From Candidatus Omnitrophota bacterium (GTDB lineage Bacteria > Omnitrophota > Gorgyraeia > B26-G9), in the NCBI GenBank assembly GCA_043805415.1, contig JAZDHZ010000010.1, positions 1 to 60,274 on the forward strand: DNA of 60,274 nt. The letters run 5' to 3'. Below, in pieces: positions 26,710 through 35,953 of this stretch. Under the pieces are notes generated by a model. It did not search any database and was not told the origin of the DNA. It saw nothing but the letters and a program-made list of their open reading frames with translations. A program made the translations under genes and the position numbers. Position 1 is the first letter of the stretch, and each line of letters starts with the position of its first letter.

Positions 26710-27141
26710 CTAGGAAATTATTTCCACCAGCTCTAACTCAAAAATAAGGTCTTCACCGGCTAGGGGATGATTAGCGTCAACAGTTACTTCTTTTTCCGTG
26801 ATTTCAGTGATAATCGCGGGAATCTTCTGTCCGTTTTCATTATGAATACCCAGCCTCAGCCCGACAGCAGGAACTAAATCTTTGGGCAAATGCCCGCGGG
26901 CAACAATCGCGATAAGGTCTGGATTTTTCGGGCCATAGGCTTTATCACAGGGAATGGTTATGGTTTTTGTTTCATTGACTTTCATTCCCAGAGTGCCTTC
27001 TTCAAATCCGGCAATTACTTGTCCTGAGCCAATAATAAATTCAAAAGGATTTCTTGAGCGCGATGAATCAAACACGCTATTATTTTTCAGTTTGCCTGTA
27101 TAGTGGATCTTTACTTTATCGCCTTGTTTTGCCTGATTCAT
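26710..27141 (-). CDS. FKBP-type peptidyl-prolyl cis-trans isomerase (SlyD-like, no metal tail)
   Basis: GDKVKIHYTGKLKNNSVFDSS...FEFIIGSGQVIAGFEEGTLGM plus an IF-domain insert. Confidence 0.85.
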   Translation of the reverse strand: MNQAKQGDKVKIHYTGKLKNNSVFDSSRSRNPFEFIIGSGQVIAGFEEGTLGMKVNETKTITIPCDKAYGPKNPDLIAIVARGHLPKDLVPAVGLRLGIHNENGQKIPAIITEITEKEVTVDANHPLAGEDLIFELELVEIIS

Positions 27142-27239
27142 GCTCCGCGTCCTTTCTGATCAGTTCAGATTAGTATTGGTGTTTTTATTTATTTTTAAAT
27201 TAACCTTTTTGGATGGATAAGTCAAGGGGAAAACATAAA

Positions 27240-27410
27240 AAGCATGCTTGGCTGATAGCTCATGGCTAATGGTCGATAGTAAGAGCAGAAAGCAGAAATA
27301 AATATCTAATTTCTAATTGCACTAATTTCTAAACTCTAAATAAACTCAAATGACTAAAACAAAAAAAACAGAAAACAGATAAAATACTTGGCTGATGGTG
27401 ACTAGCTGCA
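27240..27410. repeat. Mosaic intergenic 'word' repeat region R8
   Basis: GCTGATAGCTCATGGCTAATGGTCGATAG, AATTTCTAATTGCACTAATTTCTAAACTCTAAATAAACTC and GGCTGATGGTGACTAGC. The word set is shared with R4, R5 and R7. Confidence 0.55.
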
Positions 27411-27442
27411 ACTTAGATTGTTAAAGGTAAAAATTTATCTTT

Positions 27443-27550
27443 GAGCGGCGCTTTTGAGCGTAATTTTGACAGGGATGTCAAAATAGCGAGAACGCGCGGT
27501 CGGGGCTGTACGATGCAGCCCCGGGCTTAGCGAAAAGATATGTTTTTGCC
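27443..27550 (+). repeat. Hairpin-bearing intergenic element, copy S3
   Basis: AGCGGCGCT box, GACAGGGATGT, GCGAGAACGCGCGG, the hairpin GGGGCTGTA-cga-TGCAGCCCC, then GCTTAGCGAAAAGATATGTTTTTGCC. Homologous to S2 (inverted) and S1. Confidence 0.65.
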
Positions 27551-27562
27551 TACTCTTTTTTC

Positions 27563-27811
27563 TTGAAAATAAAAGATATTAAACGTATGATGAGGGGTAT
27601 GAATCCAGATAGAGAGTTTTTAATTAAATTAGCTAAGACGCGCATGCCTTTTGGCAAGTACAAAGGCAGATTATTAATCGATTTGCCGGAAGACTATATT
27701 ATGTGGCTTAGCCGTAAAGGTTTTAGTAATGATTCGCTGGGTAAAATGCTGGCAACCATGTATGAGATACAGCTTAATGGTCTGGATGATTTATTAAAGC
27801 CGCTGCGCTAG
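27563..27811 (+). CDS. DUF3820-family protein
   Basis: MPFGKYKGRLLIDLPEDYIMWLSRKGF...LATMYEIQLNGL. The true start is uncertain: the TTG at 27563 or a downstream ATG. Confidence 0.65.
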   Translation: MKIKDIKRMMRGMNPDREFLIKLAKTRMPFGKYKGRLLIDLPEDYIMWLSRKGFSNDSLGKMLATMYEIQLNGLDDLLKPLR

Positions 27812-27972
27812 AAAAAGCCGGGGTTTAAAATTTTCCAAAAACTTTCAGATTTATTCTCTCCCAACAAGCGCTTAACTAAAATTATTTGCTTTTTGTCTTT
27901 ACAAAAGCAGTAAATTTGTGTAGACTTTTATCTTTGTTGTAAGAAGTTAATAATTAGTTAAAGGAAAGAAAA

Positions 27973-29589
27973 ATGATTTCAGCAAATAATATTTCACTAA
28001 ATTTTGGAGCTCAAAAGCTGTTTTCCGACGTGAACATTGTATTTTCACCCGGTAATTGCTATGGCTTAATCGGTGCGAATGGTTCAGGTAAATCCACATT
28101 TTTAAAAATTCTCTCCGGGGAAATCGAACCGTCCAAAGGCGAAGTATCAACTCCTAAAGGCAAGCGGATCTCCAGTCTTAAACAGGATCAGTTTGCTTTT
28201 GATGAATATACGGTTTTGATGACCGTGATCATTGGCCATAAAAAGCTTTATGAGATTATGCTTAAAAAAGACGCTTTGTATGCCAAAGAAGATTTTTCTG
28301 ACGCGGACGGGGTTTTAGCTTCTGAGCTTGAGGCTCAGTTTGCTGATCTGGACGGCTGGAACGCGGAATCTGACGCGGCTAAACTGCTCAGTGATCTGGG
28401 GATAGCCGAAGAACTGCATGAAAAACAAATGAAGCAGCTTGAGGCAGGAGAGAAAGTGCGGGTTTTGCTGGCCCAGGCATTATTCGGCAATCCGGATATT
28501 CTTTTGCTGGATGAACCGACAAACCATCTGGATGTGGCAACTTGTATGTGGCTGGAGGAATTTTTGCTTAATTTTGAAAACACAGCGATTGTTGTTTCGC
28601 ATGACCGGCATTTTTTAAACAAAGTCTGTACGCATACCGCGGATATTGATTTTGGCAAAATCCAGCTTTATGCCGGCAATTATAGTTTTTGGCTGGAATC
28701 AAGCCAGATTGCTTTGAAACTGCGCAGTGATGCTAATAAAAAAACCGAAGAAAAACGCAAGGAAATGCAGGAATTTATTGCCCGGTTCAGCGCTAATGCT
28801 TCCAAATCAAGGCAGGCGACCAGCAGAAAGAAAGCTTTAGAAAAACTCACTCTGGAAGATATTAAGCCCTCTTCGCGCAAATATCCGTATATTAACTTTG
28901 AACAGCTGAAACCAGCAGGCAATGAGATTGTAAACATAGAAAATTTGTCGGCGCGGCTTGATGGCCAAATTATGTTTGAAAATTTGAATATCCGGATTGA
29001 GCCGGGTAATAAAATCGCTTTTATCGGCTCAAATAACCTGGCGAAAACAATCCTGTTTAAAATCCTGGCTGGTGAGCATAAAGACTATGGGGGAAGTTTT
29101 AAATGGGGCGGGTCTACAGTCCGGGCATATTATCCCAAAGATAATACCGAGTATTTTATGCGCGATATGAATATTATTGACTGGCTAAGGCAATATTCTA
29201 CACAAACCGATGAGAATTTTGTCCGGGGATTTTTAGGCCGGATGCTGTTTACCGGGGATGATTCGCTCAAGTCAATAAAAGTTTTATCCGGAGGCGAAAA
29301 AGTCAGATGCATGTTGTCGCGGATGATGCTTACCCAAGGCAATGTGCTTATTTTTGATGAACCAACCAATCATTTGGACCTGGAAGCGATAACCGCTTTA
29401 AACCGCGGCCTGGAGAAATATCCGGGAACAATTCTTTTCTCTTCGCATGACCATCAGCTGGTGCAAACCGTGTCCAACCGGATTATTGAAATAACCCCTA
29501 AGGGATACATTGACCGGATGAATACGACCTTTGATGAATATTTGGCTGATGAGAATATTCAGCAGCGGAGAAAACAATTATACGTTTAA
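27973..29589 (+). CDS. ABC-F family ATPase (YbiT/EttA-like translation factor)
   Basis: Two ABC domains without TM segments. NBD1: GANGSGKST / LEAGEKVRVLLAQAL / LLLDEPTNHLD. NBD2: LSGGEKVRCMLSRMM / LIFDEPTNHLD. The NBD2 Walker A is the atypical GSNNLAKT. Confidence 0.85.
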   Translation: MISANNISLNFGAQKLFSDVNIVFSPGNCYGLIGANGSGKSTFLKILSGEIEPSKGEVSTPKGKRISSLKQDQFAFDEYTVLMTVIIGHKKLYEIMLKKDALYAKEDFSDADGVLASELEAQFADLDGWNAESDAAKLLSDLGIAEELHEKQMKQLEAGEKVRVLLAQALFGNPDILLLDEPTNHLDVATCMWLEEFLLNFENTAIVVSHDRHFLNKVCTHTADIDFGKIQLYAGNYSFWLESSQIALKLRSDANKKTEEKRKEMQEFIARFSANASKSRQATSRKKALEKLTLEDIKPSSRKYPYINFEQLKPAGNEIVNIENLSARLDGQIMFENLNIRIEPGNKIAFIGSNNLAKTILFKILAGEHKDYGGSFKWGGSTVRAYYPKDNTEYFMRDMNIIDWLRQYSTQTDENFVRGFLGRMLFTGDDSLKSIKVLSGGEKVRCMLSRMMLTQGNVLIFDEPTNHLDLEAITALNRGLEKYPGTILFSSHDHQLVQTVSNRIIEITPKGYIDRMNTTFDEYLADENIQQRRKQLYV

Positions 29590-29745
29590 GCGCTATAATT
29601 GTTGCATTATTTTCGGGATTATTTTAAGAAGCTTTCAGCGGGGTTTTTAATTTAAAAACTCTGTTTTACCGAGGGAAAATGCTTAATTGGCTTTAAAAGG
29701 ATTTTGCTAAGCCGGGTTTTAAATAAAAATATTTTAACAAATAAC

Positions 29746-29774
29746 TTGCAAATATGTTTTGCATAGGATATACT
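29746..29774 (+). promoter_or_regulatory. csp promoter (TTGCAA-17-TATACT)
   Basis: TTGCAA at 29746..29751, a 17-nt spacer, TATACT at 29769..29774. This predicts a leader of about 110 nt before the ATG at 29892. Confidence 0.55.
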
Positions 29775-29808
29775 CCTTGTTGTAGTAAATGAGGTAGTAG
29801 AAATCTTG

Positions 29809-29843
29809 ACCGTAAGGGCAGACAATTACCTTACGGTTTTTTT
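29809..29843 (+). promoter_or_regulatory. Terminator-like hairpin + U-tract inside the csp 5' leader (candidate attenuator/thermosensor)
   Basis: ACCGTAAGG (29809..29817), an 11-nt loop, CCTTACGGT (29829..29837), then TTTTTT. It lies between the predicted promoter and the RBS AAGGAGG. Confidence 0.45.
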
Positions 29844-29891
29844 ACGTAGCATTATTTACTATAGTTCAGAAAGAAGGAGGTGTAGTAAATA

Positions 29892-30092
29892 ATGGAGCAA
29901 GGAACAGTTAAGTGGTTTAATAACTCAAAAGGTTATGGGTTTATTGCTTCGGAGTCAGGAGTGGATGTATTCGTACACCATAGCGCAATTCAGGGTGAAG
30001 GCTACAAGTCTTTAGATGAAGGCCAGGCAGTACAGTTTGAAGTCCAAGACGGTCCGAAGGGTAAACAAGCATCAAATGTTGTAAGATTATAA
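29892..30092 (+). CDS. cspA: Cold-shock protein (CspA family, CSD)
   Basis: [15 protein letters not shown] (RNP1) and VFVHHSAI (RNP2). 66 aa. Confidence 0.95.
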   Translation: MEQGTVKWFNNSKGYGFIASESGVDVFVHHSAIQGEGYKSLDEGQAVQFEVQDGPKGKQASNVVRL

Positions 30093-30104
30093 TCTTGCAT
30101 AAAA

Positions 30105-30143
30105 ATGGCCCGGTTATAATTTATTACCGGGCCATTTTATTTT
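30105..30143 (+). terminator. Rho-independent terminator after csp
   Basis: ATGGCCCGGT (30105..30114), loop, ACCGGGCCAT (30126..30135), then TTTTATTTT. Confidence 0.8.
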
Positions 30144-30345
30144 CGCGGAAACAGAAGACAAAGAGGTTATTCCCGTAATTCATAAATAGAAAGTCTTACC
30201 TTTAAATCTCTTCTTGTATATAATACAGCTATTATATCTATCTTTAATAAAATTAAAAACAACATAAACATATCCATAGCCCTGGTTTTTTAAAAATCAC
30301 CAGTAGGGATTTATTTAATATATATAAAAAGGGACAATGTAAAAT

Positions 30346-32187
30346 ATGCATAATCAAAAACGCCGAAAAGATGTTAGAAATGTCGCGATTATTGCCCATG
30401 TTGATCATGGGAAAACCACGCTGGTAGACGCGCTGCTTAAATATACCGGAGCTTATGATTTTAAAGCCGGAGAAGCAACGATTATGGACTCTAATCCTTT
30501 AGAAAGGGAAAGAGGAATTACGATTGTTTCGAAAAACGCGTCTTTGCAGTATAAAGGAGTGCAGATTAATATTGTGGACACTCCCGGCCACGCGGATTTC
30601 GGCAGTGAAGTCGAGCGGATTTTAAAAATGGTAGACGGCGTGCTTCTGCTTGTCGATGCTTTTGACGGGCCAATGCCTCAGACAAAATTTGTTTTAAAAA
30701 AATCATTGGAATTACATCTTAAGCCAATTCTGGTAGTTAATAAGCTGGATCGGCCTAGTGCTCGGCCGGATGAAGTCGCGGATCTGACATTTGATCTTTT
30801 TTGCGAATTAAACGCGACTGATGAGCAGCTTGATTTTCCCATAGTCTATGCTTCGGGCAAAGATGGGTATTCGATTATTGATTTGGATGATCCCCGGGAG
30901 TCAATGAAGCCGCTTTTAGATGTAATTTTACATAGAGTTTTGCCTCCGATTGCTGATCCGGAACAGCCATTGCAGATGTTAGTTACAATGCTGGATTATG
31001 ATTCCTATATAGGCAGAATCGCCATTGGCCGGATTGCTCACGGAGAGGTTAAATTCGGTCAGCCGGTTGCCTGCGTGAAAAGAAACGGGACAATTACTAA
31101 AGGCAAAGTTACCAAGATTATGAAATACCGCGGTCTTAAACGCGTGGAAGCTGAGATGGCTCAGGCCGGAGATATTATCTCGATCGCCGGGATTGAAGGC
31201 GTGGAAGTCGGAGAAACAATTGCCTGCATTACTGATCCCAAAGGTTTGCCGGCAATTAAAATTGATGAGCCGACGATTTCAATGAATTTTTCGCATAATA
31301 CCAGTCCGCTTGCCGGGAAAGACGGCGGGAGATTTTTAACCTCGCGCCATATCCGGGAAAGACTGACGCATGAAGCAATGATTAATGTGGGAATTAAAGT
31401 AGAAGAAATCGCTAATTCGGAAAGATTTAAAGTTTCCGGCAGAGGAGAGCTGCATCTGGCGATTTTGATTGAAACCATGCGCCGGGAAGGATATGAATTA
31501 GAAGTATCCCGTCCCCAGGTAATTATCAAGAAGATGGGTTCTCAGATCCTTGAACCGGTGGAAGAATTGGTGATTGAAGTTGATCAGGAATATCAGGGGT
31601 CGATTATGCAGGCTTTGGGTGAACGCAAAGCTGAAATGGTTAATCTGAATACAACTTTCAGCGGTACAAGCAGACTGGATTTTATCATTGCCTCAAGAGC
31701 ATTGATTGGTTTTCGCAGTGAATTTCTTAGAATGACGCGCGGCAGCGGAATTATGTATCAAAATTTTCTCGAGTACCAGACTTATAAAGGGGAAATGCCA
31801 TGCCGGCAAAGCGGAGTTTTAATTTCTCAGGCAGCAGGCGCGGCAGTCAGCTATGCTTTATTTAATTTTCAGGCCAGAGGTGAGATTTTTGTAAAGCCCG
31901 GTGAAATGCTCTATGAAGGGATGATTATTGGGGTGAATAATAAAGGAGCGGATCTTGTGGTTAATCCGCTGAAAGGAAAGAAATTAACTAATATGCGCGC
32001 TTCCGGGTCTGATGACGCGATTGTGCTTATTCCGCCGCGTCCGATTACTTTGGAATTTGCCTTGGAGTTTATTGAAGATGATGAATTAGTGGAAATAACC
32101 CCTCAGCATATTCGGCTGAGAAAAATGAGTTTACAAGAACTGGATCGTAAAAGAACAGGCAAAAAACAAAAATCCGAAGGATTGTAG
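30346..32187 (+). CDS. typA: Translational GTPase TypA/BipA
   Basis: NVAIIAHVDHGKTTLVD, DTPGHADFG, NKLD. EF-G-like domains with the BipA-specific C-terminal domain. 613 aa. Confidence 0.95.
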   Translation: MHNQKRRKDVRNVAIIAHVDHGKTTLVDALLKYTGAYDFKAGEATIMDSNPLERERGITIVSKNASLQYKGVQINIVDTPGHADFGSEVERILKMVDGVLLLVDAFDGPMPQTKFVLKKSLELHLKPILVVNKLDRPSARPDEVADLTFDLFCELNATDEQLDFPIVYASGKDGYSIIDLDDPRESMKPLLDVILHRVLPPIADPEQPLQMLVTMLDYDSYIGRIAIGRIAHGEVKFGQPVACVKRNGTITKGKVTKIMKYRGLKRVEAEMAQAGDIISIAGIEGVEVGETIACITDPKGLPAIKIDEPTISMNFSHNTSPLAGKDGGRFLTSRHIRERLTHEAMINVGIKVEEIANSERFKVSGRGELHLAILIETMRREGYELEVSRPQVIIKKMGSQILEPVEELVIEVDQEYQGSIMQALGERKAEMVNLNTTFSGTSRLDFIIASRALIGFRSEFLRMTRGSGIMYQNFLEYQTYKGEMPCRQSGVLISQAAGAAVSYALFNFQARGEIFVKPGEMLYEGMIIGVNNKGADLVVNPLKGKKLTNMRASGSDDAIVLIPPRPITLEFALEFIEDDELVEITPQHIRLRKMSLQELDRKRTGKKQKSEGL

Positions 32188-32221
32188 TTTTTTTATTAAA
32201 AATAAGAAAGTTGGTTTTAAA

Positions 32222-33958
32222 ATGGATACATTTAAAAGTTTAGGTTTATCGGAAGATGTCTTAAAAGTTTTGGAAGCAAAAGGGTTTGAATCGCCGACAC
32301 CGATTCAGAAAAAAACTATTCCGGCAATCCTTAAGGGAAACAAAGATATTGTTGGCCAAGCGCATACGGGAACAGGAAAGACAGCGGCTTTTGGCTTGCC
32401 GATAATGGAGCAATTAAAAGAAAATTCTACTTCGGTTCAGGTGCTGGTGCTTACTCCGACAAGGGAGCTGGCGATTCAGGTTGCCGAAGAAATATACTCA
32501 TTAAAAGGGCGCAAAAAATTAAGCGTGGTTCCGGTATACGGGGGACAGGCTATATCTTTGCAGCTGAGAAGTCTGAAAAAAGGGGTAGATATTGTAGTCG
32601 GCACCCCTGGAAGAATTATTGATCATATTAACCGCCGGACGCTGAAGCTTGGAGAAATATCTTTTTTAGTGCTTGATGAAGCAGATGAAATGCTGAACAT
32701 GGGTTTTTTAGATGATGTAAAAGAAATCATGGAAAAGACACCTTCAACTAAGCGCACATTGCTTTTTTCCGCGACCATGCCGCCGGCTATATTGCAAATA
32801 GCTAAAAAATATATGCATGAATATGATTTGATAAAAGTTACCTCGCAGCAGCTTACAGTCAGTAATACTGATCAGATATATTTTGAGGTCTCGGAAGCGG
32901 ATAAATTTGAAGCTCTGAGCCGGATTATTGATATTGAAGAAGATTTTTTTGGTTTGGTTTTTTGCCGGACCAAAAGGGATACGGACCAGGTTGCCCGGCA
33001 TTTATCCGAACGCGGTTATGATGTTGACGCTTTGCATGGTGATCTCTCCCAAGCCCAGCGGGAACAAATATTGAATAAATTTAAACGCAAAGCAATTAAT
33101 GTCTTAATCGCGACTGATGTCGCGGCACGCGGTATAGATGTTCAAGACCTGACGCATGTTATTAATTACGCGCTGCCTAATGACCCGCAGGCCTATGTCC
33201 ACAGAATCGGCAGAACCGGGCGAGCGGGTAAGCAGGGAATCGCGATAACTTTTATTACTCCTGCTGAGTACAGAAGATTGCAGTATATAAAACAAACGGC
33301 AAAAACTGATATTAGAAAAGCGGAATTGCCTAAAGTCAAAGATGTGATCCAAACTAAAAAACGCCGGATTAAAAATAGCGTTAGCGAGATTATTAAAACA
33401 GAGTTGCAGCCGGCATATCTGGAACTGGCCAATGAACTTTTAGCGGATAGTTCACCAGAACAAGCTTTGGCCGCGCTTTTACAGCACTCTTTTGCCGGAG
33501 AACTGGACGCGAGCACTTATGCTGATATCGATAGATCGGGAGTTGACCGCAAAGGTAAAACCCGCTTATTTGTCGCTCAAGGCAAAATTGACGGCTTGTC
33601 ATCAAATAAATTAATCGATATTTTAAAAGATAAATGCAATATTAAAGCCCGCCAAATAAGGGATGTTCAGATATTAGATAAATTTTCATTTGTTACTCTT
33701 GCTTTTCATGACGCGGAAAAGGTCCTGGCTTTTTTTAATACCAAAAAATCCGGAACAGAACTGTTTATTACAAAAGCCAAAACCGATGAAAAAGCAAGTG
33801 CCCGGGGAGCTCAAGGCAGTCACAATAGATCTAATCGTAATGAGCGAAGCAACCGCAATGAGCGAGGCAATAAAGATAAAAAAACTTACGGCAACGATCG
33901 CGGCGCTAATAAAGATAAAAAGAGTTATGGCAGTGATCGGAAAAAACAAAGAAGATAA
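32222..33958 (+). CDS. deaD: DEAD-box ATP-dependent RNA helicase (DeaD/CsdA-like, with a DbpA-type RNA-binding domain and a basic repeat tail)
   Basis: Q motif, AHTGTGKT, DEAD (VLDEADEML), SAT, HRIGRTGRAG. The C-terminal tail is RSNRNERSNRNERGNKDKKTYGNDRGANKDKKSYGSDRKK. Confidence 0.9.
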   Translation: MDTFKSLGLSEDVLKVLEAKGFESPTPIQKKTIPAILKGNKDIVGQAHTGTGKTAAFGLPIMEQLKENSTSVQVLVLTPTRELAIQVAEEIYSLKGRKKLSVVPVYGGQAISLQLRSLKKGVDIVVGTPGRIIDHINRRTLKLGEISFLVLDEADEMLNMGFLDDVKEIMEKTPSTKRTLLFSATMPPAILQIAKKYMHEYDLIKVTSQQLTVSNTDQIYFEVSEADKFEALSRIIDIEEDFFGLVFCRTKRDTDQVARHLSERGYDVDALHGDLSQAQREQILNKFKRKAINVLIATDVAARGIDVQDLTHVINYALPNDPQAYVHRIGRTGRAGKQGIAITFITPAEYRRLQYIKQTAKTDIRKAELPKVKDVIQTKKRRIKNSVSEIIKTELQPAYLELANELLADSSPEQALAALLQHSFAGELDASTYADIDRSGVDRKGKTRLFVAQGKIDGLSSNKLIDILKDKCNIKARQIRDVQILDKFSFVTLAFHDAEKVLAFFNTKKSGTELFITKAKTDEKASARGAQGSHNRSNRNERSNRNERGNKDKKTYGNDRGANKDKKSYGSDRKKQRR

Positions 33959-33965
33959 TCTGAAA

Positions 33966-34319
33966 TTAACTAAGTTCGCTTAACAGTTTTTCAATTTGTT
34001 TTTTATGATGTTCAATAATATCTTCCGGCGTGCCCCAGGACGCGGACATGGCAGCCAGTCTTTCAGTGACTTTGATTAAAGTTTCTTTGGTCGGATGCTC
34101 AAAGTCCGCGTTTATCTGCTGAAAGGTAAGTTTGACAACTGATGTAATCCTTTGCAGGACATCAGTATCATCAGAGGCTTTTCCGAACTTTTGCTTTGCG
34201 TGTTTAAAAGTTTGCTTTTGCGCTTCAAAAAAACATTTAATAACTAGATCTCTTGCTTTTTGCGGGTTTAAGTCTTGTAAATCCGAGGCTTGTAAATACC
34301 ATCGTTCATGTTCAGTCAT
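33966..34319 (-). CDS. Hypothetical helical protein
   Basis: 117-aa ORF convergent with the helicase gene. An RBS-like GGAGG sits upstream of the ATG. No recognisable motif. Confidence 0.4.
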   Translation of the reverse strand: MTEHERWYLQASDLQDLNPQKARDLVIKCFFEAQKQTFKHAKQKFGKASDDTDVLQRITSVVKLTFQQINADFEHPTKETLIKVTERLAAMSASWGTPEDIIEHHKKQIEKLLSELS

Positions 34320-34462
34320 ATTTGCCTCCTAATAACCAATCATTTTAATCGATACTATTTATTTTTGACAAAAACTGCAGCTTTAATCCATTATTTTAAT
34401 AATAAACATCTAATTAAAAAGTAAGTTAATTGTTACTAAAACTTAGGCTCTTCAGCTTATTG

Positions 34463-34831
34463 CTATTGCAATAGATCGCGTACTGGTATTTCCTTGGCCA
34501 ATTCACTTCCAGTGCTGCAGACTGCTTTTATTGATAAGATATCATCACTTTCATGTTTAGGAACCAAAAAGCTTGTTTTGACCAGGCTGGAGTGGTTCTG
34601 GTAGATGAAAGTTTTGGAATCAGCAAGTTTGCCGTTTAGCTGCAAAATTACTTCCTTGATAAAATGCGTCCGGTTTTTTTCATGCCCGCCTGTCGCGATC
34701 CGGTGATTTATAGTTACCATGATTTCATTGGCTGATTTATTATATTGCACCTGTATATTAGAAGGCGGATGAGCGAATGCCGGTTGGGTTATTAGAAAAA
34801 ACCCTAAGGAATAAACTATTATCTTATACAT
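34463..34831 (-). CDS. Small secreted protein, possibly desulfoferrodoxin/Ig-like fold
   Basis: Signal peptide ending in AFAHPP. The His pattern (HPPSN..., INHRIATGGHEKNRTHFIKEVIL) and a late Cys are loosely reminiscent of SOR-type iron sites. This is a weak call. Confidence 0.3.
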   Translation of the reverse strand: MYKIIVYSLGFFLITQPAFAHPPSNIQVQYNKSANEIMVTINHRIATGGHEKNRTHFIKEVILQLNGKLADSKTFIYQNHSSLVKTSFLVPKHESDDILSIKAVCSTGSELAKEIPVRDLLQ

Positions 34832-35016
34832 GAAAATCTCCTTTGGTTAATAGCTTTAAGCCTAACCTGTATAATTATACTGCTTATTTTAAAAAAAACA
34901 TAATAATTTTTATGGAATCAAGGGATGTTATGCGTTTATAATATAAGCATCAATTTTAAGCTGACAATAAACGCAGGTTTATTAATTGCTAGTTAATTAC
35001 CGGGAAAAGGAGTTGT

Positions 35017-35841
35017 ATGAGTTTAATAAATGTAGATAAGCATAAGTGTAAGGCTGATGGAATATGCGTAAAAGTTTGTCCAATTGAAATATTAAAAATG
35101 GACGCGGATAAGCGTATTCCTGCGGCAATAGAAAATGCCGAAGAAATTTGTATTAATTGCGGTCATTGTGTCTGTGTTTGCCCTTATGGGGCTTTATCGC
35201 TTAATACCATGCCGGTAATTGAGTTAAAACAATTGCCTGCTGACTGGAGAATTCAGGAAGATAAGCTGGAGGTTTTTTTAAAAGGCCGCAGGTCAATCAG
35301 GCAGTATGAAAATACACTTGTTTCCAAAAAAAAATTGGAAAAATTAATTGATATTGCCCGCTACGCGCCGACAGGAATAAATAAACAACCTGTGCGCTGG
35401 ACCGTGGTTTATGAAAAAGAGCAAACCCATAAACTGGCAGAGCTGGTTGTGGAATGGATGCGGCAATTAGTCCAGGCCAAATCTCCCTTGGCTGAATCTT
35501 TACGCATGGATTTAACTGTTTCTATGTGGCAGCAAGGCAAGGATCGTATCTGCCGCGATGCTCCGCATCTAATCCTCGGGCATGCTTTAAAAGATGATAT
35601 GCTCGCGCCGCAAGCCGCGACTATTGCTTTTGCTTATCTGGAGCTTAGCGCAGTGTCCATGGGGCTTGGCGCTTGCTGGGCAGGATATGTGAATATGGCG
35701 GTAAATGCTTCAGAAACAGTGCGTAAATTTTTAGGTTTATCTTCAAGAAGCGCGTGTTTTGGAGCAATGCTGATCGGGTTTGCTCAATATGAATATAAAC
35801 GCATTCCTTTACGCAATAATCCGCATATAAAATGGCGCTGA
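35017..35841 (+). CDS. Nitroreductase-family protein with an N-terminal 2x[4Fe-4S] ferredoxin domain
   Basis: CKADGICVKVCP and CINCGHCVCVCP clusters, then a nitroreductase core (RRSIRQY..., ARYAPTGINKQP). Confidence 0.8.
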   Translation: MSLINVDKHKCKADGICVKVCPIEILKMDADKRIPAAIENAEEICINCGHCVCVCPYGALSLNTMPVIELKQLPADWRIQEDKLEVFLKGRRSIRQYENTLVSKKKLEKLIDIARYAPTGINKQPVRWTVVYEKEQTHKLAELVVEWMRQLVQAKSPLAESLRMDLTVSMWQQGKDRICRDAPHLILGHALKDDMLAPQAATIAFAYLELSAVSMGLGACWAGYVNMAVNASETVRKFLGLSSRSACFGAMLIGFAQYEYKRIPLRNNPHIKWR

Positions 35842-35953
35842 ATAAATAAAATTTTCAGTAATCGATTTATACAAAACAAAGCTGATTTACATTATTTACA
35901 AAAAGGTGTATAATTTTGCAGTATAGCGATTATATTCAACAAGGAGGTTTTTG

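Noticed and set aside
28335-29369. Minus-strand ORFs within the ABC-F gene (28335..28658, 28680..28937, 29130..29369)
   Set aside because: They are antisense to a gene with two complete ABC domains and have no independent support.
33686-33983. ORFs 33686..33949 (-) and 33690..33983 (+) at the helicase 3' end
   Set aside because: They are alternative-frame and antisense products of the tandem-repeat tail of the DEAD-box helicase gene, and the helicase frame is continuous with conserved motifs upstream.
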